DNA of 64,000 nt from Alphaproteobacteria bacterium (lineage in GTDB: Bacteria > Pseudomonadota > Alphaproteobacteria > Bin95), in contig CAXXWS020000002.1 of the NCBI GenBank assembly GCA_963665325.3, forward strand, positions 704,001 to 768,000, read 5' to 3'. Of this stretch, positions 37,820 through 49,068 are shown one piece after another. Each line of letters begins with the position of its first letter. Position 1 is the stretch's first letter. The notes below the pieces were generated by a model. That model saw only the letters and a program-made list of their open reading frames with translations, was not told where the DNA came from and searched no databases. The position numbers were made by a program, and so were the translations under genes.

Positions 37820-38485
37820 GTGAGGCCCACCGATATGCTTTGCTTTGCCGAAGAGATCATGCTGCTCCTGCTGGACGACCGCGACGGCAGCTTCCTGCCC
37901 GTCCCGAGTTCGTCGATCAGGAGCGCATTGGCCGGCGCGGTGTTGATGGACCTGGCGCTGGCAAACCGGATCGACACCGATCTGCACTCGCTCATCCTCG
38001 TTGACGACAAGCCGACGGGCGACGCATTGCTCGACCCCACACTTGCGCGTATCGCCGAGTCCGAGCAGGCCCACGACGCTCACCACTGGGTGCAGAGGAC
38101 GTCCGACCATGCCGACGAAATCCGCCAGTCCGCACTGGACCGGCTCGTCGAGAGGGGAATCCTGAATCGCGAGGAAGACCGGTTCCTCTGGGTCTTCCGG
38201 TCGCGGCGTTACCCGACCGTGGACGGAACGGCGGAGCGGGAAGTCAAGCTGAGGATCATGGGCGTTCTGCTGTCGGACGAGATACCCGATCCCCGAGACA
38301 TCGCCATCATCGGCCTGAGCGACGCCTGCGGTCTGTTCGACCACATGCTGGCCACGCCCGAACTGGCCCAGGCACGCGGCCGCATCGACCAGGTGCGGAA
38401 ATTCGACCTGATCGGGCAGTCTGTGGCGAACGTGGTCGAGCAGATCGACGAACTGAACAGGTTGCGCGCCCGCTCCGACTTGTAG
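37820..38485 (+). CDS. GPP34/GOLPH3 (Vps74) family protein
   Basis: EEIMLLLLDD, LAGAVLMDLAL.NRID, LVERGIL and F.SRRYP motifs. Confidence 0.8.
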   Translation: MRPTDMLCFAEEIMLLLLDDRDGSFLPVPSSSIRSALAGAVLMDLALANRIDTDLHSLILVDDKPTGDALLDPTLARIAESEQAHDAHHWVQRTSDHADEIRQSALDRLVERGILNREEDRFLWVFRSRRYPTVDGTAEREVKLRIMGVLLSDEIPDPRDIAIIGLSDACGLFDHMLATPELAQARGRIDQVRKFDLIGQSVANVVEQIDELNRLRARSDL

Positions 38486-38513
38486 CGGCGATCCCTGAGG
38501 CCGATGGCCGGTC

Positions 38514-38930
38514 CTACCCTCCCGGCATGCCCTTGTCCTTGGGGAGCTCCGGGTGCATCGGGTTCCAGGGCTGCGCGCTGCCGACGAAAATGTCGCGGCT
38601 CGGCCGGTAGCCGCTCGGATCGTCGAGGCTGCCTGCGTAAAGCACCCGCACCGAGTCGGTCGCCCCGTTGATCAGGAATACGGGAGAGCCGCATTCGGAG
38701 CAGAAGCCCCGCCGCATGGGGTGGCCCCTGTCCGCGGGCCTTTCGAACCAGGCCGGCTCGCCGCTGAGCAGCCTGAATTCCCTCTCCCGGACCGCCATGG
38801 CCGGGAAATAGGCGCTGCCGGTCGCCTGCTGGCAATCCCGGCAATGGCAGTTGCCCATATAGACGGGCGCGCCCGTTACCTCATAGCGAATGGCGCCGCA
38901 TGCGCAGCCGCCGCCGAACGGGACTTCCAT
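38514..38930 (-). CDS. GFA/CENP-V family Zn-binding protein
   Basis: [17 protein letters not shown] and FCSECGSP motifs. Confidence 0.92.
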   Translation of the reverse strand: MEVPFGGGCACGAIRYEVTGAPVYMGNCHCRDCQQATGSAYFPAMAVREREFRLLSGEPAWFERPADRGHPMRRGFCSECGSPVFLINGATDSVRVLYAGSLDDPSGYRPSRDIFVGSAQPWNPMHPELPKDKGMPGG

Positions 38931-39028
38931 GGCCGTTCTCCCTCTTACATCTCCCTCGGAGTATAGCCGCTCGCCGACCGGCGCACCGGTGCGTTGCAGC
39001 GAAGCGGCCGGCGGGGTATGAGCGCGCC

Positions 39029-40711
39029 ATGGCTTCCTACCAGTATGTCTATGTCATGCACGGCCTCGCCAAGGCTTATCCCGGCGGGCGCAAGGTGCTG
39101 GACAATATCCGCCTCGCCTTCTTGCCCGGCGCCAAGATCGGCGTGCTCGGGCCGAACGGGGCCGGCAAGTCGACGCTCATGCGCATCATGGCCGGCATCG
39201 AGACCGAGTTCGACGGCGAGGCATGGGCCGCCGACGGCGTGCGCGTCGGCTACCTGCCGCAGGAGCCGGAGCTCGATCCGGGGCGGGACGTGATGGGCAA
39301 TGTCATGCAGGGGGTGGCGGAAACGGCGCGGCTTCTGGAACGCTTCAACGAGGTGAGCCTGCGCTTCGCCGAGGACCTGAGCCCCGAGGAGATGGACGCG
39401 CTGATCGAGGAACAGGGCGAGCTCCAGGAGCGGATCGACGCGGCGAACGGCTGGGAGCTGGAACGCACCGTCGAGATCGCCATGGACGCGCTGCGCTGCC
39501 CGCCCGGCGATTCGGACACGGCCACGCTTTCCGGTGGCGAGCGGCGGCGGGTTGCGCTCTGCCGCCTTCTTCTTTCCAGACCGGACCTGCTGCTGCTCGA
39601 CGAGCCGACCAATCATCTCGACGCGGAAAGCGTGGCCTGGCTCGAGCGCTTCCTGGAGCAATATGAAGGCACGGTGGTGGCCGTCACCCACGACCGCTAC
39701 TTCCTCGACAATGTCGCCGGCTGGATCCTGGAGCTCGACCGGGGGCGGGGCGTGCCGTTCGAGGGCAATTATTCCTCCTGGCTGGAGCAGAAGGAGCGCC
39801 GCCTCGCACGGGAGGAGAAGCAGGAAAGCGCCCGACAGAAAGTGCTGCAGCGCGAACTGGAATGGGTCCGCCAGAGCCCGCGCGCTCGGCAGGCCAAGAG
39901 CCGGGCCAGGCTTCGGGCCTATGACGAGCTGCTGGCCGAAGGCGCGCGCCGGGCGCTCGACACGGCGGAGATCGTCATTCCGCCCGGGCCGAGGCTCGGC
40001 GATATCGTGATCGAGGCGAAGGGCGTGGCCAAAGGCTTCGAGGACCGGCTGCTGATGGAGGGGGTCTCATTCCGCCTGCCGCCGGCGGGCATTGTCGGCG
40101 TGATCGGGCCGAATGGCGCCGGCAAGACCACCCTCTTCCGGATGCTGACCGGCGAGGAGACGCCGGACAACGGCGTTCTGCGCGTCGGCGAGACGGTCGA
40201 GATCGGCGCAGTGGACCAGAGCCGCGACGCACTGGCCGCCGACAAGACCGTCTGGGAGGAGATTTCAGGCGGGCTCGACATGATTGCGCTCGGAGCGCAC
40301 GAGGTGGCGAGTCGGGCCTATGTCTCGACCTTCAACTTCAAGGGTCCGGACCAGCAGAAGAAGGTCGGCTCCCTCTCGGGCGGCGAGCGCAACCGGGTCC
40401 ACCTCGCCAAGATGCTCAAGTCCGGCGCCAACCTGCTCCTGCTGGACGAGCCGACCAACGACCTTGACGTCGAGACGCTGCGCTCGCTGGAGGAGGCCCT
40501 GCTGGCTTTCGCCGGCTCCGCGCTGGTCATCAGCCACGACCGCTGGTTCCTTGACCGGATCGCGACACACATCCTCGCCTTCGAGGGCGACAGCCATGTC
40601 GAGTGGTTCGAGGGCAATTACGCCGACTACGAGGCCGACCGCCGCCGCCGCCTCGGCGCCGAGGCCGACCGCCCCCACCGCATTCGCTACAAGCCGCTGA
40701 CGCGCCAGTAG
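39029..40711 (+). CDS. ettA: energy-dependent translational throttle protein EttA (ABC-F)
   Basis: Two ABC domains ([18 protein letters not shown]), ARQAKSRAR linker and C-terminal HRIRYKPL. Confidence 0.95.
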   Translation: MASYQYVYVMHGLAKAYPGGRKVLDNIRLAFLPGAKIGVLGPNGAGKSTLMRIMAGIETEFDGEAWAADGVRVGYLPQEPELDPGRDVMGNVMQGVAETARLLERFNEVSLRFAEDLSPEEMDALIEEQGELQERIDAANGWELERTVEIAMDALRCPPGDSDTATLSGGERRRVALCRLLLSRPDLLLLDEPTNHLDAESVAWLERFLEQYEGTVVAVTHDRYFLDNVAGWILELDRGRGVPFEGNYSSWLEQKERRLAREEKQESARQKVLQRELEWVRQSPRARQAKSRARLRAYDELLAEGARRALDTAEIVIPPGPRLGDIVIEAKGVAKGFEDRLLMEGVSFRLPPAGIVGVIGPNGAGKTTLFRMLTGEETPDNGVLRVGETVEIGAVDQSRDALAADKTVWEEISGGLDMIALGAHEVASRAYVSTFNFKGPDQQKKVGSLSGGERNRVHLAKMLKSGANLLLLDEPTNDLDVETLRSLEEALLAFAGSALVISHDRWFLDRIATHILAFEGDSHVEWFEGNYADYEADRRRRLGAEADRPHRIRYKPLTRQ

Positions 40712-40718
40712 CGCGGTC

Positions 40719-42365
40719 CTACAGCCCCACATCCTCCGGGAAGTATTTCATCGCGCAGCGGAGCGGGTTGGGCGCGGCCTGGCCGAGCCCGCAAATGGAG
40801 GCGTCGGCCATGACGGAGGCCAGGTCTTCCAGCACGTCGCGGTCCCACGTGGGCTCGGCCATCAGGAGGGCGGCCTTTTCCGTGCCGACCCGGCAGGGCG
40901 TGCATTGCCCGCAGCTTTCATAGGCGAAGAAGCGCATCAGGTTGAGCGCGGCTGCACCGATATCGTCGCCATCTGCCAGCACGACCACCGCGCCTGAGCC
41001 CGTGAAGCAGCCATGCGGCTCCAGCTTGCCGAAATCGAGCGGGATGTCGGCGAGGCCGGCCGGCAGGATGCCGCCCGAGGCGCCGCCCGGCAGATAGGCT
41101 TTGAACTCGCAGCCCTCCGCCATGCCGCCGGAGAACTCCTCGATCAGCTCGCGCGCGGTGACGCCGGCGGGCACGATCTTCACGCCTGGCTGCTTCACCC
41201 GGCCGGAGACGGAATAGGCCCGCCAGCCCTTGCCGCCATGCCGCCCGGTTTCCGCAAACCATGCCGCGCCCCGCTCCAGGATCGCCGGCATCCAGTAGAG
41301 CGTCTCGACATTGTGGACGAGCGTCGGCCGGCCGTGGAGGCCCACTTGGGCCACATAGGGCGGGCGGTGGCGCGGCAGGCCCCGCTTGCCCTCGATGCTC
41401 TCGATCATCGCCGACTCTTCGCCGCAGATATAGGCGCCCGCGCCCCGGCGCAGATGTACGCCGCCGGGCGGTGCGAGGTCTCCCAGCCGGGCGATCTCGG
41501 CCGCCATGATTTCCCGCGCATCGGGATATTCATCGCGGAGATAGATCGTGATCGTATCCGCCTCGACCGCCCAGGCGGCGATCAGCGCGCCCTCCAGCAC
41601 GGCGCCGGGCGCGGTCTCCAGGAAATGGCGGTCCTTGAAGGTACCGGGCTCGCCCTCATCGGCATTGACGGTCAGGTGACGCGGTTTCGGCCCGGCGCGT
41701 ACGAAACCCCATTTGCGCGCGCTCGGGAAGCCCGCGCCGCCCATGCCGCGCAGCCCCGATTCCCCGATCTCGCGTGCCACCTCCTCGCGGGTACGCCCGC
41801 CTTCGAGGCAGACGCGATACTGTTCATACCGCCACTCAGGCACCGCCGGAACGGCGTGCTCCGCTTCGTCCGAAACGGCCGCGCGTACGCTTTCGGTCGT
41901 CGCCTCGTCCACATGCCGGTGCCCGGCCTCGACGACCGGCGCGCAGTCGCAGCGGCCCATGCAGGGGGCGGTGACGACCCGCGCGTCCGGGAAAGCGGAT
42001 CGAAGGGCTTCCAGCAGCGCCGGCGCGCCGGCCAGCTCGCAGGAAAGGCTGTCGCAGACGCGCAGGGTGAGCGCCGGCGGCGGCGCCTCGCCCTCCTTCA
42101 CGGTGTCCAGATGCGCGTAGAAGGTCGCGACCTCCCAGACCTCCGCCATGGCAAGGCGCATTTCCTCCGCCAGCGCCGCCAGATGGCGCGCGGAGAGATG
42201 CCCGAAGCGCCCCTGGAGGCTGTGCAGATATTCGATCAGGAACTCGCGCCCGCGCGGCGCATCGCCCAGCACAGCCTGCACTTCCGCCAGCGCCTCCGGC
42301 TCGACCTGCCGGCCTTTGGGCTGCGTGCGCCCCCGACGGCGCTGCTTGACCGCTTCTTCCGGCAC
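40719..42365 (-). CDS. NuoE-NuoF-like fused NAD(H)/FMN-binding subunit (formate dehydrogenase beta type)
   Basis: CDSLSC/CMGRC 2Fe-2S ligands, GLRGMGGAGFP, NADEGEPGTFKD, GAGAYICGEES and ESCGQCTPCR motifs. Confidence 0.9.
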   Translation of the reverse strand: MPEEAVKQRRRGRTQPKGRQVEPEALAEVQAVLGDAPRGREFLIEYLHSLQGRFGHLSARHLAALAEEMRLAMAEVWEVATFYAHLDTVKEGEAPPPALTLRVCDSLSCELAGAPALLEALRSAFPDARVVTAPCMGRCDCAPVVEAGHRHVDEATTESVRAAVSDEAEHAVPAVPEWRYEQYRVCLEGGRTREEVAREIGESGLRGMGGAGFPSARKWGFVRAGPKPRHLTVNADEGEPGTFKDRHFLETAPGAVLEGALIAAWAVEADTITIYLRDEYPDAREIMAAEIARLGDLAPPGGVHLRRGAGAYICGEESAMIESIEGKRGLPRHRPPYVAQVGLHGRPTLVHNVETLYWMPAILERGAAWFAETGRHGGKGWRAYSVSGRVKQPGVKIVPAGVTARELIEEFSGGMAEGCEFKAYLPGGASGGILPAGLADIPLDFGKLEPHGCFTGSGAVVVLADGDDIGAAALNLMRFFAYESCGQCTPCRVGTEKAALLMAEPTWDRDVLEDLASVMADASICGLGQAAPNPLRCAMKYFPEDVGL

Positions 42366-42653
42366 GTCCCCGCATCCTTCCCGCCGACCCGCTCATCCCG
42401 ATATACAGGCCGCAGGACGCCATGCCCATAGCGTGCCCACGTCCCGAGCCGGGGCGGCGCGCATTGACATTGGCGGGCCGGGAGCGCATGTATCTCCCGT
42501 AAATCGTCTTCCGGGCCCGCGACGCAACGTATTTGCGCGGCATCGAACCCGGAAACCTGCAACTCCACCCGTTCCGGCCGCTCCCGCGGCCGGCATATGC
42601 GCCCGAAACCAGCCGTCCCGACAAGCGGGTCGCGCCGGGCGGCAAGGAACAAT

Positions 42654-43889
42654 GTGACCGAGAAACCCTTTTCCGAATTCGGCCTGGCTGAGACCCTGCA
42701 ACGCGCGCTCGCCGCGCGCAAACACACGATACCGACGCCGATCCAGGCGCAGGCCATCCCGGAGGTCCTGGCCGGGCGGGACCTCATCGCCATCGCCCAG
42801 ACCGGCACCGGCAAGACGGCGGCCTTCGCGCTGCCGATCCTGCACCGGCTCGCCGGCGCAAAAAACAGCGTTCGCGCCCGCGCGCCGCGTGCCCTCGTCT
42901 TGGCACCGACGCGGGAGCTGGCGATCCAGATCGCCGACGAGTTCCGCGCCTATGGCGCCCGGCTTCAGCTGCGGCTTGCGGTCATCTACGGCGGTGTCGG
43001 CCAGCGGCCCCAGGTCGATGCGCTGGCGCGCGGCACCGACATCCTCGTCGCCACGCCCGGACGCCTGCTGGACCTGATGGGACAGCGCCGCGTCAGCCTC
43101 GACCGGATCGAGCATCTCGTTCTCGACGAGGCGGACCGCATGCTCGACATGGGCTTCATCCGCGACGTGCGCCGCATTCTGGCGGCCCTGCCGACGGCGC
43201 GGCAGTCATTGCTGTTCTCCGCCACCATGCCCCGCGATGTGGCGCGTCTGGCGAGCGACTTCCTTCGCGATCCCGTCCGGGTAGCGGTGACGCCGCAGGC
43301 GACGCCGGTGGAGCGGATCCGGCAAAGCGTCTTCCACGTCCCGGCCGGGGACAAGCAGCGCCTGCTGGCCGAGATTCTGGACGACCCCGCGCTCTCGCGG
43401 GTGCTGGTCTTCGCCCGCACCAAGCATCGCGCCAACCGGGTGGCGACCCAGCTGGAGAAGGGTGGCGTCGCCGCCGATGCGATACACGGCAACAAGTCCC
43501 AGGGCGCGCGGCAGCGGGCCCTCGAGCGTTTCCGGCGGGGCGAGGCCCGCGTCCTGGTCGCGACCGACATTGCGGCGCGCGGCATCGATATCGAGGATAT
43601 CAGCCACGTCATCAACTTCGAGTTACCGAACGTGCCGGAAAGCTATGTCCACCGCATCGGCCGCACGGCACGGGCCGGCGCCGACGGCATTGCCTATTCG
43701 TTCTGCGACGCGGCCGAGCGCGACTCGCTCGGCCAGATCGAACGCCTGATCCGGCAAAGGCTGACCGTGGTCGGCGACGACCCCGCCCCGGCATCGGGCG
43801 ACCGCCCCGCGCAAGGCCGGCCGCGGCGCAAGGGCGCCGGAGCCGGCCGAAAGCGCGGAACTCCCCGCTTCGCCGAGGCGCGGCCCTGA
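42654..43889 (+). CDS. rhlE: DEAD-box RNA helicase (RhlE-like)
   Basis: [21 protein letters not shown] and HRIGRTAR motifs. Confidence 0.92.
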   Translation: MTEKPFSEFGLAETLQRALAARKHTIPTPIQAQAIPEVLAGRDLIAIAQTGTGKTAAFALPILHRLAGAKNSVRARAPRALVLAPTRELAIQIADEFRAYGARLQLRLAVIYGGVGQRPQVDALARGTDILVATPGRLLDLMGQRRVSLDRIEHLVLDEADRMLDMGFIRDVRRILAALPTARQSLLFSATMPRDVARLASDFLRDPVRVAVTPQATPVERIRQSVFHVPAGDKQRLLAEILDDPALSRVLVFARTKHRANRVATQLEKGGVAADAIHGNKSQGARQRALERFRRGEARVLVATDIAARGIDIEDISHVINFELPNVPESYVHRIGRTARAGADGIAYSFCDAAERDSLGQIERLIRQRLTVVGDDPAPASGDRPAQGRPRRKGAGAGRKRGTPRFAEARP

Positions 43890-43911
43890 ACGCGGGCGCC
43901 GGGACCTTACC

Positions 43912-45792
43912 TCAGCCCATTTCGCCGCCGTCGTCGCGGGTGACGGCGATCACGGTGGAGCGCGGCGTGGTGTCGCCGCCGCCCGGGAAGTGGCCGCCGC
44001 CCTTGTTGCCCGGATGCTGGAGGCCGACGAACATGGTCTTCCGATCCATGGACCAGCAAAGCCCGGTCACCTCGCACTCCTTCGGACCGACCAGGAAGCG
44101 GTGGATTTCGCCGCTGTCGGGGTCGGCATAGAGCATCTGGTTGTTGCCCTGGCCGGCGAAGTCGCCCTCGTTCTTGAAATTGCCGTCGGTCTGGATCCAG
44201 AGGCCGCCCTTGCTGTCGAACACGAGCCCGTCCGGCGAGTTGAACATATTGTCGGGGGTCACATTGGCGGAGCCGGCGCGGTCGTCGTCATGCACCGCCG
44301 GGTTGCCGGCCACCACGAACAGGTCCCACTCGAAACCGGCGGCCGTGTGGTCGCCGCCCGCCGGCCGCCAGCGCACGATCTGGCCGTATATGTTGCCTTT
44401 GCGCGGGTTGGGGCCGCCCACCGGCGTCGGGTCGCCGCCCTTGTTCGGCTTCTTGCCGCGGTTCTTGTTGTTGGTGAGGCAGCAATAGACCTCGGCGCGC
44501 TTCGGATGCGCTGCGACCCATTCGGGCCGGTCCATGGTAGTCGCGCCCACTGCCGATCCGGCCATGCGCGTGAACACGGCAATGTCGGCTATCGAGGCCA
44601 TGCCGGTCGCCTCCGGCGTCAGCGCCATCCACTCGCCGCTGCCGTCCTCGGCGAAGCCCGCCACCGAAAGCGAACCCGACTCCAGCAGGCCGGAATTGTC
44701 CCCGCCTTCGGCATAGCGGCCTGCGGAGATGAAGCGGTAGAGGAACTCGCCGCGCTCGTCGTCGCCCATATAGACGACGACATGGCCGTTGGCCGCGATG
44801 ACGACCTCGGCGTTCTCATGCTTGAAGCGGCCGAGCGCGGTGCGCTTCTTCGGCACCGAATCCGGGTCGAGCGGATCGATCTCGACGACATAGCCCGCCC
44901 GGTTCGGCTCGTTCGGGTGCTTCGAGATGTCGAAGCGCTCGTCCGCGGTGGCCCAGGCATAGCCCCAGTCCTTCAGGCCGACGCCGTAGCGCTTCATCGC
45001 ATCCGACACCCCATAGTCGGGGTCGGACGACGAGAAATAGCCGTTGAAGTTCTCTTCGCAGGCGAGATAGGTGCCCCAGGGCGTCCTGCCGTTGCCGCAA
45101 TTGTTCCAGGTGCCGAGCGACGTCTCGCCTGCCGGGTCGGCGGCCGTCTTCAGCATGTCGTGGCCGCGCGCAGGCCCCGTGATCTCCATCGGAGCGTCGG
45201 CGGTGATGCGCCGGTTGAAGGGCGAATCCAGCACCGGCCGCCAGGCGCCGTCCGTCATCTCGACCTCGAAGACGCTGACGCCGTGGCCGGCCTTGCCCTT
45301 GCGCACGTCGTCGGCGTTCTCGGGCAGGCCGGAAGCGCGGTTGCCGTAGATGACGGACCGGTTCACGAATTCGTTGTTGACGGCAAGCACGGTCCTGCCG
45401 TCGACGAAGAAGGTGGCCATGCCGTCGGTATTGTCGCCGAAGCTGCGCTCCTGGCTGGCGCCGGTGCCGCGCGTCGCGTGGTCGAACGGCGCGCCGTCGG
45501 ACCAGAGCGGGTCGCCCCAGGCGATGACGTTCTGCCACGAGAAGCCCGGCGGCACGGTCACCGTATCCAGGCTGTTGGCGGCCACGGGCTCGAAGCTGAG
45601 AGCGCCCATGCCGCCCGCATGCGCGGGCCGCAACGCGCCTAGGCCGAAAAAGGCGCCGGCTGCGCCGAGGGCCGCCGTGCCGCCAAGAAAGCGGCGTCGC
45701 GACACCACATGCTCGAAGCCGGTCGGCTCGGCGCGCGGGTCGTTCAGTTCGTCGAATTCGTCAAATGAGAGTTCGCTGGCGTGGTCGGGCAT
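43912..45792 (-). CDS. phoX: PhoX family alkaline phosphatase (Tat-exported)
   Basis: SRRRFL Tat motif; NNCG.G.TPWGTYL.CEEN, GRFKHE, MDRPEW and FNSPDG motifs. Confidence 0.92.
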   Translation of the reverse strand: MPDHASELSFDEFDELNDPRAEPTGFEHVVSRRRFLGGTAALGAAGAFFGLGALRPAHAGGMGALSFEPVAANSLDTVTVPPGFSWQNVIAWGDPLWSDGAPFDHATRGTGASQERSFGDNTDGMATFFVDGRTVLAVNNEFVNRSVIYGNRASGLPENADDVRKGKAGHGVSVFEVEMTDGAWRPVLDSPFNRRITADAPMEITGPARGHDMLKTAADPAGETSLGTWNNCGNGRTPWGTYLACEENFNGYFSSSDPDYGVSDAMKRYGVGLKDWGYAWATADERFDISKHPNEPNRAGYVVEIDPLDPDSVPKKRTALGRFKHENAEVVIAANGHVVVYMGDDERGEFLYRFISAGRYAEGGDNSGLLESGSLSVAGFAEDGSGEWMALTPEATGMASIADIAVFTRMAGSAVGATTMDRPEWVAAHPKRAEVYCCLTNNKNRGKKPNKGGDPTPVGGPNPRKGNIYGQIVRWRPAGGDHTAAGFEWDLFVVAGNPAVHDDDRAGSANVTPDNMFNSPDGLVFDSKGGLWIQTDGNFKNEGDFAGQGNNQMLYADPDSGEIHRFLVGPKECEVTGLCWSMDRKTMFVGLQHPGNKGGGHFPGGGDTTPRSTVIAVTRDDGGEMG

Positions 45793-45843
45793 GACGCTCC
45801 TCCGTTTTCTTCAACTATGGTCCGATACAAATACAGAAAGCCG

Positions 45844-45872
45844 ATGACTGTCTGTTATCGCTTCGATGACAA
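45844..45872 (-). promoter_or_regulatory. putative Pho box upstream of phoX
   Basis: Minus strand reads TTGTCAT-N4-GCGATAA-N4-CAGTCAT, an 11-bp period of CTGTCAT-like units, about 50 bp upstream of the phoX ATG. Confidence 0.55.
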
Positions 45873-47033
45873 CTCCGTTGCACCGACGATCCGCCGCACC
45901 GTCTCGGCCGCGCGGAGGCTGGGCCGCCCGACTCCGCCGAGCTTGGCGGCCAACTCCCGGTAAGCGGACAATTGCGCTGCACGCGCGCTTTCGTCGAACA
46001 AAAGTGGCCTGAGCGCTTGCGCGAGCGGCCCCGGCCGGCAGTCTCCCTGGATCAGTTCCGGCACGACGGGACGGTCGAGCACTATGTTCACCGGGCAGAA
46101 CCGGCGCGTGCGGACCACGACCCGGCCGATCAGCGCCGTCGCCGAATTGAGCCGATAGGCGGTGACCTGCGGCACGCCGGCAAGCGCCAGTTCGAGCGCG
46201 ACCGTGCCGGATGCCCCGAGCGCCGCCCGGCTGGCGGCAAAGGCATCCTGTTTCTCCGTCTCGCCGAGCGTCACCGTGACCGGCCAGGGCCAGCCGGCCA
46301 CCGTCTCCCGCACGCGCTCTGCCACAGTGCCGACGGTCGGCATAGCCAGATGCAGACCGGGCGTCTTGGCTGCCAGGCGCGCCAGCGTTTCCCGGAACAC
46401 CGGCAACAGCCGGCGCACCTCGCCCGACCGGCTGCCGGGCAACACCGCCAGGAGGGTGCTCTCGGGCGCGATCCCGTGCCGAGCCCGGAAGGCATCTCCA
46501 TTGCCCGGCGCCGCTTCGATCAGCGAATGGCCGACGAATGTGCTTGCCAGCCCCTCGCGCTCGAACAGCGCTGGCTCGAACGGCCAGAGGGTCATCAGGT
46601 GGTCGAAGAGCCCGCCCATGCGCCGCGCGCGGCCGGGCGCCCAGACCCAGACCATCGGCGCAACATAGTGGATGCGTGCGGCAGGGCAGCCGGCGCGGAT
46701 CAGCCGCCTCGCAACACCCTTGTTGAAACCGCCTGAGTCGATGGTCACGACCGCATCCGGCCGGAAACGCAGAATGTCGGCGACCGTCTCGTCCATCCGG
46801 CGCAACAGCCTCCGGGCGCGGGGCAGCACCTCGAACAGCCCCATCACGGCCGTTTCGGCCTGCGGGAACAGGCTGGCGACGCCCTCGCCGGCCATGTGCT
46901 CGCCGCCGACGCCGGCCGCCTCCACCGGTCCGCCTTCTCGCAATGCGCCGAGCAGCCGGGCACCGAGCGCGTCGCCGGAGGGCTCGCCGGCAATGATGTA
47001 GATCCGCAGTGTCATCGCTATCGACAGCCGCAT
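45855..47033 (-). CDS. lpxB: lipid-A-disaccharide synthase
   Basis: IAGEPSGD.LGA, HYVAP.VW.W, LPGSRSGEV, SGTVALE and VPELIQ motifs. Confidence 0.93.
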   Translation of the reverse strand: MRLSIAMTLRIYIIAGEPSGDALGARLLGALREGGPVEAAGVGGEHMAGEGVASLFPQAETAVMGLFEVLPRARRLLRRMDETVADILRFRPDAVVTIDSGGFNKGVARRLIRAGCPAARIHYVAPMVWVWAPGRARRMGGLFDHLMTLWPFEPALFEREGLASTFVGHSLIEAAPGNGDAFRARHGIAPESTLLAVLPGSRSGEVRRLLPVFRETLARLAAKTPGLHLAMPTVGTVAERVRETVAGWPWPVTVTLGETEKQDAFAASRAALGASGTVALELALAGVPQVTAYRLNSATALIGRVVVRTRRFCPVNIVLDRPVVPELIQGDCRPGPLAQALRPLLFDESARAAQLSAYRELAAKLGGVGRPSLRAAETVRRIVGATELSSKR

Positions 47034-47102
47034 CCGCCCGGCAGGCTGGACGGAATGGTGGGGTCGTGCCCTAATGCGGCGTTGGCGGCACCGGGGTGGG
47101 GC

Positions 47103-48101
47103 ATGTCGGGTATGGCTCGCATGGTCGGGCAGCGGCTGGCGCTAGGCGTCTTCACGCTTCTCGTCGTCAGCATCGTCATTTTTGCAGCCATCGAATCGCT
47201 GCCGGGAGACTTCGCTCAGGCCATCCTGGGCCAGGGCGCGACTCCCGAAGCTGTCGCCGCCATCCGCGAAAGCCTCGGCATGGACCGCTCAGCGGTCGAA
47301 CGCTACTTAGCATGGCTCGGCGGCGTGTTCAGCGGCGATTTCGGCGTCAGCTTCAACCAGTTGAGCTTCCAGTCCCAATACGGGCAGACCGGCGAACGCG
47401 ACGTGGTGACGGTCGCCGACCAGCTCGCGCCACGCTTCGCGAACACGATTTTCCTTGCCGCCACGGCCGCGGCCGTGGCCGTGCCGCTGTCGCTCGCGCT
47501 CGGCATACTGGCGGCGCTCTACCGGGGTTCGATCTTCGACCGGGCGGCGAATGTCGGCACGCTTACATCCATCTCCAGCCCGGAATTCTTCGTCGCCTAT
47601 ATCCTGATCCTCTTCCTGGCGGCGGCCAATCCGATCTTCCCCTCGATCTCGAAGATCCACGCCGATCTTGACTTCTGGGAACGGCTCTACCGCACCGTGC
47701 TGCCGGCGCTCACGCTCACGCTTGTCGTCACCGCCCACATGATGCGCATGACGCGCGTTGCGATCATCAACCTTCTAGCCTCGCAATATATCGAGATGGC
47801 GCGCCTGAAGGGAGTCCCGCGCTTGCGGGTGATCGTGCGCCATGCGCTGCCCAATGCGCTGGCGCCGATCATCAATGTCATCGCGCTCAACCTCGCCTAT
47901 CTGGTTACCGGCGTGGTGGTGGTGGAGGTTGTGTTCGTCTATCCGGGCATCGGGCAGATGTTCGTGGATGCAGTGAAGCTGCGCGACATGCCGACCGTGC
48001 AGGCCTGCTGCCTGGTCTTCGCCGCCGCCTATATTCTGCTCAACCTACTGGCGGACGTGCTGTCGGTACTGACCAATCCGCGCCTCAGGCACCCTAAATA
48101 G
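47103..48101 (+). CDS. Dpp/Opp ABC transporter permease (DppB-like)
   Basis: LPGDFA..ILG, ARLKG, HALPNA and VFVYPGIG motifs. Confidence 0.9.
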   Translation: MSGMARMVGQRLALGVFTLLVVSIVIFAAIESLPGDFAQAILGQGATPEAVAAIRESLGMDRSAVERYLAWLGGVFSGDFGVSFNQLSFQSQYGQTGERDVVTVADQLAPRFANTIFLAATAAAVAVPLSLALGILAALYRGSIFDRAANVGTLTSISSPEFFVAYILILFLAAANPIFPSISKIHADLDFWERLYRTVLPALTLTLVVTAHMMRMTRVAIINLLASQYIEMARLKGVPRLRVIVRHALPNALAPIINVIALNLAYLVTGVVVVEVVFVYPGIGQMFVDAVKLRDMPTVQACCLVFAAAYILLNLLADVLSVLTNPRLRHPK

Positions 48102-48110
48102 GCGGGTGCG

Positions 48111-49049
48111 ATGGGGTTCCTCACCTATGTCGTCCTGCCTCTGGCGGTCCTGACCGGGTTGGCCTGGACGGGCCGCGCCGGCTTCCGCGGCATCGCTGGC
48201 CCCTTCGGCGCCGTCTTCCGCGCCATGCCGCTGACCGCGGCTTTCGGGCTCACCGTCGTCCTGCTGTACGTTCTGGCGGCGCTGGCCGCGCCCGTGATTG
48301 CGCCCTATGGCGAGTCCCAGATCTTCGACGAGTTCAACCTCTTCCCCGGCGAGAACCCGGATTTCGTGCTTGGCACCGACCAGCTGGGCCGCGACCTGCT
48401 CACGCGCCTGCTTTACGGCGGGCGCAACACCATAGGCATCGCGTTCGTGACGACCGCGCTCGCCTTCCTCATAGGCGCGACCCTGGGCTTTGTCGCGGCG
48501 GTGCTTGGCGGCTGGCTGGACCAGGTCCTGTCGCGCACGGTCGATGTGCTGATGGCGATCCCGCAGCTCATTTTCGCGCTGCTGCTGCTCACCATCTTCG
48601 GGCAGTCCACGATCAACATGATCCTGGTGATCGCCGTGCTGGACTCGACGCGCGTGTTCCGCCTCTCCCGCGCGGTCGGCGGCAATATCGTGGTGATGGA
48701 CTATATCGAGGCCGCGAAGCTGCGCGGCGAAGGGATCGGCTACCTGATCTTCAAGGAAATCCTGCCGAACGCCGCGGCCCCCCTGCTGGCAGAGTTCGGG
48801 CTGCGCTTCTGCTTCGTGTTCCTGCTGATTGCGGCGCTGAGTTTCCTCGGCATCGGCATCCAGCCGCCACTGGCGGACTGGGGCACGATGGTACGCGAGC
48901 TTTCCATCTATATCGGCTATGCGGAATACGGCGACTGGCAGGCGGCTTCCCTGCCGCTGCTGCCGGCGGCGGCTATCGCGCTGCTCACGGTCGCGATCAA
49001 CTTCACCGTGGACTGGATGCTCGACCGCTATTCGGGCCTGAAGGACTGA
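48111..49049 (+). CDS. Dpp/Opp ABC transporter permease (DppC-like)
   Basis: LGTDQLGRD, EAAKLRGE and LSFLG.GIQPP.ADWG motifs. Confidence 0.9.
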   Translation: MGFLTYVVLPLAVLTGLAWTGRAGFRGIAGPFGAVFRAMPLTAAFGLTVVLLYVLAALAAPVIAPYGESQIFDEFNLFPGENPDFVLGTDQLGRDLLTRLLYGGRNTIGIAFVTTALAFLIGATLGFVAAVLGGWLDQVLSRTVDVLMAIPQLIFALLLLTIFGQSTINMILVIAVLDSTRVFRLSRAVGGNIVVMDYIEAAKLRGEGIGYLIFKEILPNAAAPLLAEFGLRFCFVFLLIAALSFLGIGIQPPLADWGTMVRELSIYIGYAEYGDWQAASLPLLPAAAIALLTVAINFTVDWMLDRYSGLKD

Positions 49050-49068
49050 GACCGAGGAGACTGGTTCG

